Below are positions 58,754 through 64,000 of a stretch of DNA of 64,000 nucleotides, piece after piece. Made by a program: the position numbers and the translations under genes. Under the pieces are notes generated by a model. The model did no database searches. It had not been told where the DNA came from and worked only from the letters and a program-made list of their open reading frames with translations. The stretch is from Heteronotia binoei. Lineage: Eukaryota. Position 1 is the first letter of the stretch; each line of letters opens with the position of its first letter. Location: NCBI RefSeq assembly GCF_032191835.1, contig NC_083229.1, forward strand, positions 83,018,001 through 83,082,000. Direction: 5' to 3'.

Positions 58754-61231
58754 CAGGTATGTCCAACAGGTAGATCGTGATCTACCAGTAGATCACAGAG
58801 GGGTCAGAGGTAGATCACCAGTCCCACTTGGTCTCATGGCTTGCTGGACAGATGTTTGGGGTTTTTTGATGATTGTTTGGTGTGGTGGTATTTGATTATT
58901 GATACCAGTATGATGAATTCTTATTTTTACTTTTAGAACTGCATGTGTGGTTTTGGCATCATCCAGAGGTCTTCAGTTCCTGTTGATATTTAATACTTTG
59001 GGACAGTGACAGTTTTGGACCAGATTCAGCCAGTGTTAACTTAGCACCCTAGCCACCCCAATATAACAAAGATGAGTGTTCCAAAGAAGAGCAAAACCTA
59101 CCACTTTCATGATGAATGGGAAATGGACTACTTCTTCATCAAGGTGAAAGACAAGTGTTGTCGTCTACTTTGTAACGCCGCTGTATCCTTGCCCAAAAAA
59201 GGTAATCTGGAGCATCATTATAAGGCTCTGCATAGTAATAAGTTTGATGCTGATTTTCCACCCAAAAGTGAAATTCGTAAACTGAAGCTCAAAGAATTTA
59301 AATCTAAATTGGCTGCACAGCAACAGTTGATGGCATCCTTCAAGGTCAGCAACCTGATTGCAAAATAAAGCAACCTTTCAATGAAGGAGAATTTGTAAAA
59401 GATTGTTTCCTTAAAGCAGCAGACAATCTTTTTGAAGGATTTAAGAATAAAAAAGAGATCATAGCTGCTGTTCAAGATGTACAACTGTCAAGAAACACCA
59501 TCGTGTAGCGAATAGAAAAGATGTGTGGAGACACAACTGAACAATTGTTGGAAGATGTTTCAGTTTATGTTGCTTTCTTACTCCAACTTGATGAATCTAC
59601 AGACATAAGAGACATAGCCCAGTTACTAGTATTTATCTGGATGGTTTCTGAAGACTTCAGTGTTAAAGAAGAACTACTTGGAATGATTTCTTTAAAAGGG
59701 AGAACTACCAGTTAGGAAATATTCAGCTCTTTCCATTTTTTTGTGACAAAGTGTAATCTTCCATTGCATAAACTTGTTTCCATCACTACTGATGGAGCAA
59801 GAGCAATGACAGATGAGGTTAACAGTTTCATAGGCCTCTGTAGACAGCATGACAACTTTCCAGATTTCCTTTCTTACCACTGCATCATTCACCAACAAGT
59901 TTTGGCAAGCAAGAGACTCAATACAAAGACTGTCATGGATATCACTTTCAAAATTGTAAATTCAGTTCGTGGAAGATCACTTCAAAGATGGCTTTTCAAT
60001 CTTACTCTTGATGAAGGGGCAGTGGAAATCATTTTGCACACAGATGTAAGGTGGCTAAGTAGGCACAAATTTCTGCAAAGATTTCATGATTTGCTGAATG
60101 AAATAAGAAAGTTTTTGAAGGAGAGGAGATGACAAAGTAGAGTTGGAAGATGAGGAGTGGTTATGTGATCTGGCATTTCTCGCTGACTTTACAGGCGAAC
60201 TCAGTGATATGAACATTGAACTACAAGGTAAAAACAAATGCATTGGCGAGATGATTATAGTTTTATCCAACAAGAGCAAATTTGAGCTAATGATGACTGA
60301 TCTTGCAAACAACACTTTTGATCATTTTCCTAATACGCAGGACTACCTGGGACAATATCCAAATTTTGTTTTTCAGAACAAGAATTATGTGACAGAAATC
60401 TGCTGTGTTATCCAGGAATTCGAAAAAAGATTCTGTGACTTCCAAAGAAAAAGTTGTGGAGTACTTGTCATACCCATTCAAAGCAGATATAGACATTAAG
60501 GAAACTGCAGCTGCTATCAGTAAAAATTACTCATTGAACAAGGCATCTCTTGAAAACAAAATAGTAACTCTTAAAAATGACATTTTTCTCAACACCTGTG
60601 CTGAGGAAGAATCGTTTTGGAAGCTAGTGCCTAGAGACAAATTTCCCAGCTTGAGAAGATGCAGTGAAGCTGTACACTCCTGTTTCGGTTCAACTTATTT
60701 GTGTGAATTTGCGTTTTCCCATCTGAAAATGACAAAGAGTACACAGTGTTCCGACATGACAGATGACCATCTCCAGGATTCCCTGAGACTGGCCCTCACA
60801 CAATATTCACACAACTTCAAAAAGCTGGTGGATGAAATGTAGGCTCAGACGTCTCACTAATTAGCAAGAGTGAAGTTTTAAAGATTGCGCAAGATCAGCC
60901 TGGATCAATACTTGACCTACATTTAACACAAATTACTCAATAAAAGTTAAAGAAAGTTATTAAGACAATTAAAGAAAGTTATAACAATAAAAATTTAAGA
61001 AAAACTGTCCACAGTTCTTTCTGGATCTTTGTCTCTCTGTTTTGTTTTTGCTTATTTTGCTTACCAGTAAATGACAGAAGGTGCAATGTAAATAGGGGGG
61101 TGGAGGGTAGTGGAACCCAACTTTGATGGGTTAAAATCTAATTCGAAATTAATTTGAAACAAGTTTCATGGTGGTAGATCACCAGCACCGGAAAAAATAG
61201 ATCACGATCTGTTCAAAGTTGGACATGCCTG
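58754..61231 (+). mobile_element. Full-length (2478 bp) hAT DNA transposon, Charlie group
   Basis: 14-bp TIRs caggtatgtccaac/gttggacatgcctg; perfect 8-bp TSD caatatta (58746-58753, 61232-61239); subterminal agatc repeats. Confidence 0.95.
59072..60860 (+). pseudogene. hAT transposase (GTF2IRD2/EPM2AIP1-like), several stops and frameshifts
   Basis: BED-like finger CRLLC…NLEHHYKALH; LQLDESTD; ITTDGARAM; YHCIIHQQ; VRWLSR; dimerisation region FGSTYLCEFAFSHLK. Confidence 0.95.
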
Positions 61232-61499
61232 CAATATTACAATGACTACAATACAAATTTACAGTAACAAAAATACCATTCTGAGCACACAACTCCACTA
61301 TATTTATGCAATATTCACTCAATACAGTCCAACGATGATACCAGAACCAGTCCAATCTTGTTTCAGATCTAGATAATCCTTCTTCTGGGATCATTCTTTT
61401 TGCTTATAGGTGCAGTAGTTTGGTGGTGCCTTAATTCATTACAATTCACTGTATTCCAGGCTTTCTCTAATTTATTTTCCTATATGGAACGCTGCTGCC

Positions 61500-61847
61500 A
61501 TTTTCCATCTGCCAGCCATTGGCAATCTCCTGGTTTGGAGGCCCTCTCCCCACTTCAGGGGTATCAGAAAGCAGGGGGAGGGGGTTGAATGTCTGCTTGG
61601 TACTCCATTATACCCTATGGAGACTGGTCCCCATAAGATATAGTAGAGAATCAATCTGTGAATATCTGGGCTTTAGTGGGGCTGTTTTTAAAAATAGAGG
61701 CACCAGATTTTCAGCATAGCATCTGGTGCCTCTCCTAAAAAAAACCACAAAGTTTCAAAAAGATTGGCTCAATTCTATGAGCCCCAAAAGAAGGTGCCCC
61801 CTGTCCTCCATTATTTCCAATGAAGGGAAGGCACTTGAAAGGAGTAG
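61500..61847. mobile_element. TAGGGTTGCC-family MITE fragment (truncated by next element)
   Basis: Similar to 49830-50090 (gcaccagattttcagcatagcatctg…gagccccaaaagaaggtgcccc). Confidence 0.65.
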
Positions 61848-62200
61848 CAGGGGTGTCCAACTCATTTGTTATGAGGGCCAGATCTGACATTAATGAGACC
61901 TTGTTGGGTCAGGTCATGTCAGGTCGGGCCAGCTGTGTCAAGCCGGGCCATATGTGTACCTAGTTAAGATTAGGTAGCAGAGATATAAACTTTATAAAAG
62001 ACACGGACAAACACAATTAAATATATATATTTTAAAAACTTAAAATATGCTTAAAACATTAGCAATCATTGGTCTTAAAGGTGTTTTCTTTGTATTTCTC
62101 CCATGGGATCCAGGGAACTGGGCAAAGGAAGCTCTGGCTCTTTCCTTCCACAGGGGACTGGGCAGGGAGCCTCAGCCAATAGAAGGAAGAGAACAATATA
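61848..62200 (+). mobile_element. Charlie-type hAT MITE 5' part
   Basis: Starts caggggtgtccaactc…gagggcc, a typical Charlie TIR; 3' TIR not found. Confidence 0.55.
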
Positions 62201-62559
62201 AGAAAGCCACCAGAAACAATGTAACCTCCACGTAAACCATGTGTGAATATATTTAGTGCAAAACTGAAAAGAATAAGTACAGAACACTGAGTATACAATA
62301 TATGAAATGTCCCCACAAAGTCTTTCCACAGCCTGATAAATGGCTTCTTCAAGTAGACACAGAGGTGGGTGAAAACTTTTCAACTCAACGTTCAACTCCA
62401 AATGGTGTGGAGAAAGTAAGAACTGCTTATTGCAGGACTCCTCGCGATTTTGATAGTAAACATTTCATCAGCTTCCTTCTCCCGACTTCGTACAGAACTG
62501 TCATAACATAATATAAATAAATACTTCTGTGTGTGACTTAAAACCATTCTTACTTAATA

Positions 62560-64000
62560 AAGGACTGATGATGCAGACTCACCCTTAGCTTAATTTCTTT
62601 AACATGGATTAACGCATGCTCTCTTCAGCTGCTGCTGGCTCTCGCCGTTCACTCTATGAATGACTCATTAAATTGCCAAGAGGTGTGTGTGTATGAAGGA
62701 AAATAGTTCCAACTAAAAAAATAACTAGCCTGATTTTAACAAATAATGCTGTTGTCTCTAAGTTCTTGCAGCCTGACAGTATATACCATTCACAGGCTTA
62801 CGTGAATGGATATTTGATGGATATTGCCCCTTTGATGGATACTACCCACTCATATTGTAATATTACATTACATATTTATACAGGAAAAAAAATTTGCAGA
62901 CAAATTTTTTTATACAAATAGATACTTTGAAAAACAAATATTTCAGAGATATCAAAGTACTAGACCTGGCTAATGGCTGACTGTCATCATAGAAACAAAA
63001 AGCCTATTGCTAAATTCATGCCTTTAGGTGCCTACAACATATATATGCACAGACTTTCTTGTTACAATAATAACTTCTCAACATTCTCCTTAACATAAAG
63101 TTTAGGACAGTATTTAAATAAAGCAAAAAAAAACCTCAAGTCTTTAACTGAATGCCCACTTTCAGAGAGATGCAGAAACATCAGCGTTTCAGGCACTTTC
63201 CTTTCTAGGTGTGCCTTATGCTCTAAAATTCTGACTTTGAACGCCCTAGTCATTTTGCCTACATAATAGATCCCACATTTGCATATGGCTGTGTAGACCA
63301 ATTGTTTAGAATTACAATTAACTTAAAATTTAAGAAAAATTCTTTGTCCATCTACTGGATTAATAATATCCTTAATGGCCAACATCATACAGCAAGCGGA
63401 ACAGTTTCCACAAGGGAAATTGCCAGGAACCATTTCCTTAATGTCTTGTTGCAATTTAAGGTTGGCTGACACCAATTTAGATCTCTAATTAGTTGGATTA
63501 CAATAGCCTATTTTAGGAGGTGTTTGACACCCTGGTAAATGTGCAACTATATGCCATAATTTTTTAGTGGTTCTACTTATCTCATACATCAATTGAGCCA
63601 TTTTAAAACCACAAGTTATTCCTGCAGACTCATCCTTTGGTCTGTCTTTGAGTAAGTGTATCCTATTCCTATCTATTTTATTTGCTCTTGTTCTAGCTCT
63701 AAGTACCACCTGTTTAGGGTACTTGCAGGACATAAATTGCTCAGTTAGCTTCTCTGCTTCCCTACAGTAATCCTCAATTGAAGAGGAATTTCTCCTAATC
63801 CATAAAAATTGCCCATAGGGCAAGTTCATGAGAACATGTTTAGGGTGATATGAATGAAAATGCAAATAACTGTTATTATCAGTAGGCTTGTTGTATAGTT
63901 TCACACATAGTATTTGATTTTTATCTATCATTACAGTGGTCCAAAAAAATGATAGTATTTAAATGCCATCCCCCCTCAAACTTAATATCGGGGTGTATAG
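62560..64000 (-). mobile_element. Penelope-like element: RT C-terminus and GIY-YIG endonuclease (runs off window)
   Basis: 63485-63931 LYNKPTDNNSYLHFHSYHPKHVLMNLPYGQFLWIRRNSS…; 63062-63301 VYTAICKCGIYYVGKMTRAFKVRILEHK…HLSESGHSV. Confidence 0.9.

Noticed and set aside
1-64000. CRISPR arrays, rRNA or tRNA genes, prokaryotic operons
   Set aside because: None seen; tRNA- and 5S-like stretches are SINE heads or a retroelement PBS, and the tandem repeats lack unique spacers.

Overview
Eukaryotic, repeat-dense DNA from a squamate reptile, probably a gecko (inferred from Sauria-type SINEs plus reptile-type CR1, L2, L1, Penelope and hAT MITE families). It looks intronic or intergenic, and I could not identify any host protein-coding gene with confidence. 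Main contents: (1) a decayed ~6.5 kb PIF/Harbinger-like DNA transposon (3550-10086) with a probable transposase C-terminal stump and two different, convergent, multi-exon Myb/SANT-like genes whose splice sites can be reconstructed; (2) a degenerate L1 (17.8-22.3 kb) containing a perfect 286-bp palindrome and nested SINE/L2 insertions; (3) an internally deleted Gypsy LTR element with both LTRs, a 5-bp TSD and a tRNA-Ser PBS (30183-32575); (4) two 5'-truncated DIRS/Ngaro tyrosine-recombinase retrotransposons fused head-to-head (39.2-44.8 kb), each with an SGNH-hydrolase ORF preceded by a splice acceptor; (5) a full-length hAT (Charlie-group) transposon with TIRs and TSD (58754-61231); (6) Penelope-like elements, several carrying minimal hammerhead ribozyme motifs; plus many MITEs, SINEs, solo LTRs and a 324-N gap. 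All coordinates and translations were read by eye and no database searches were run.
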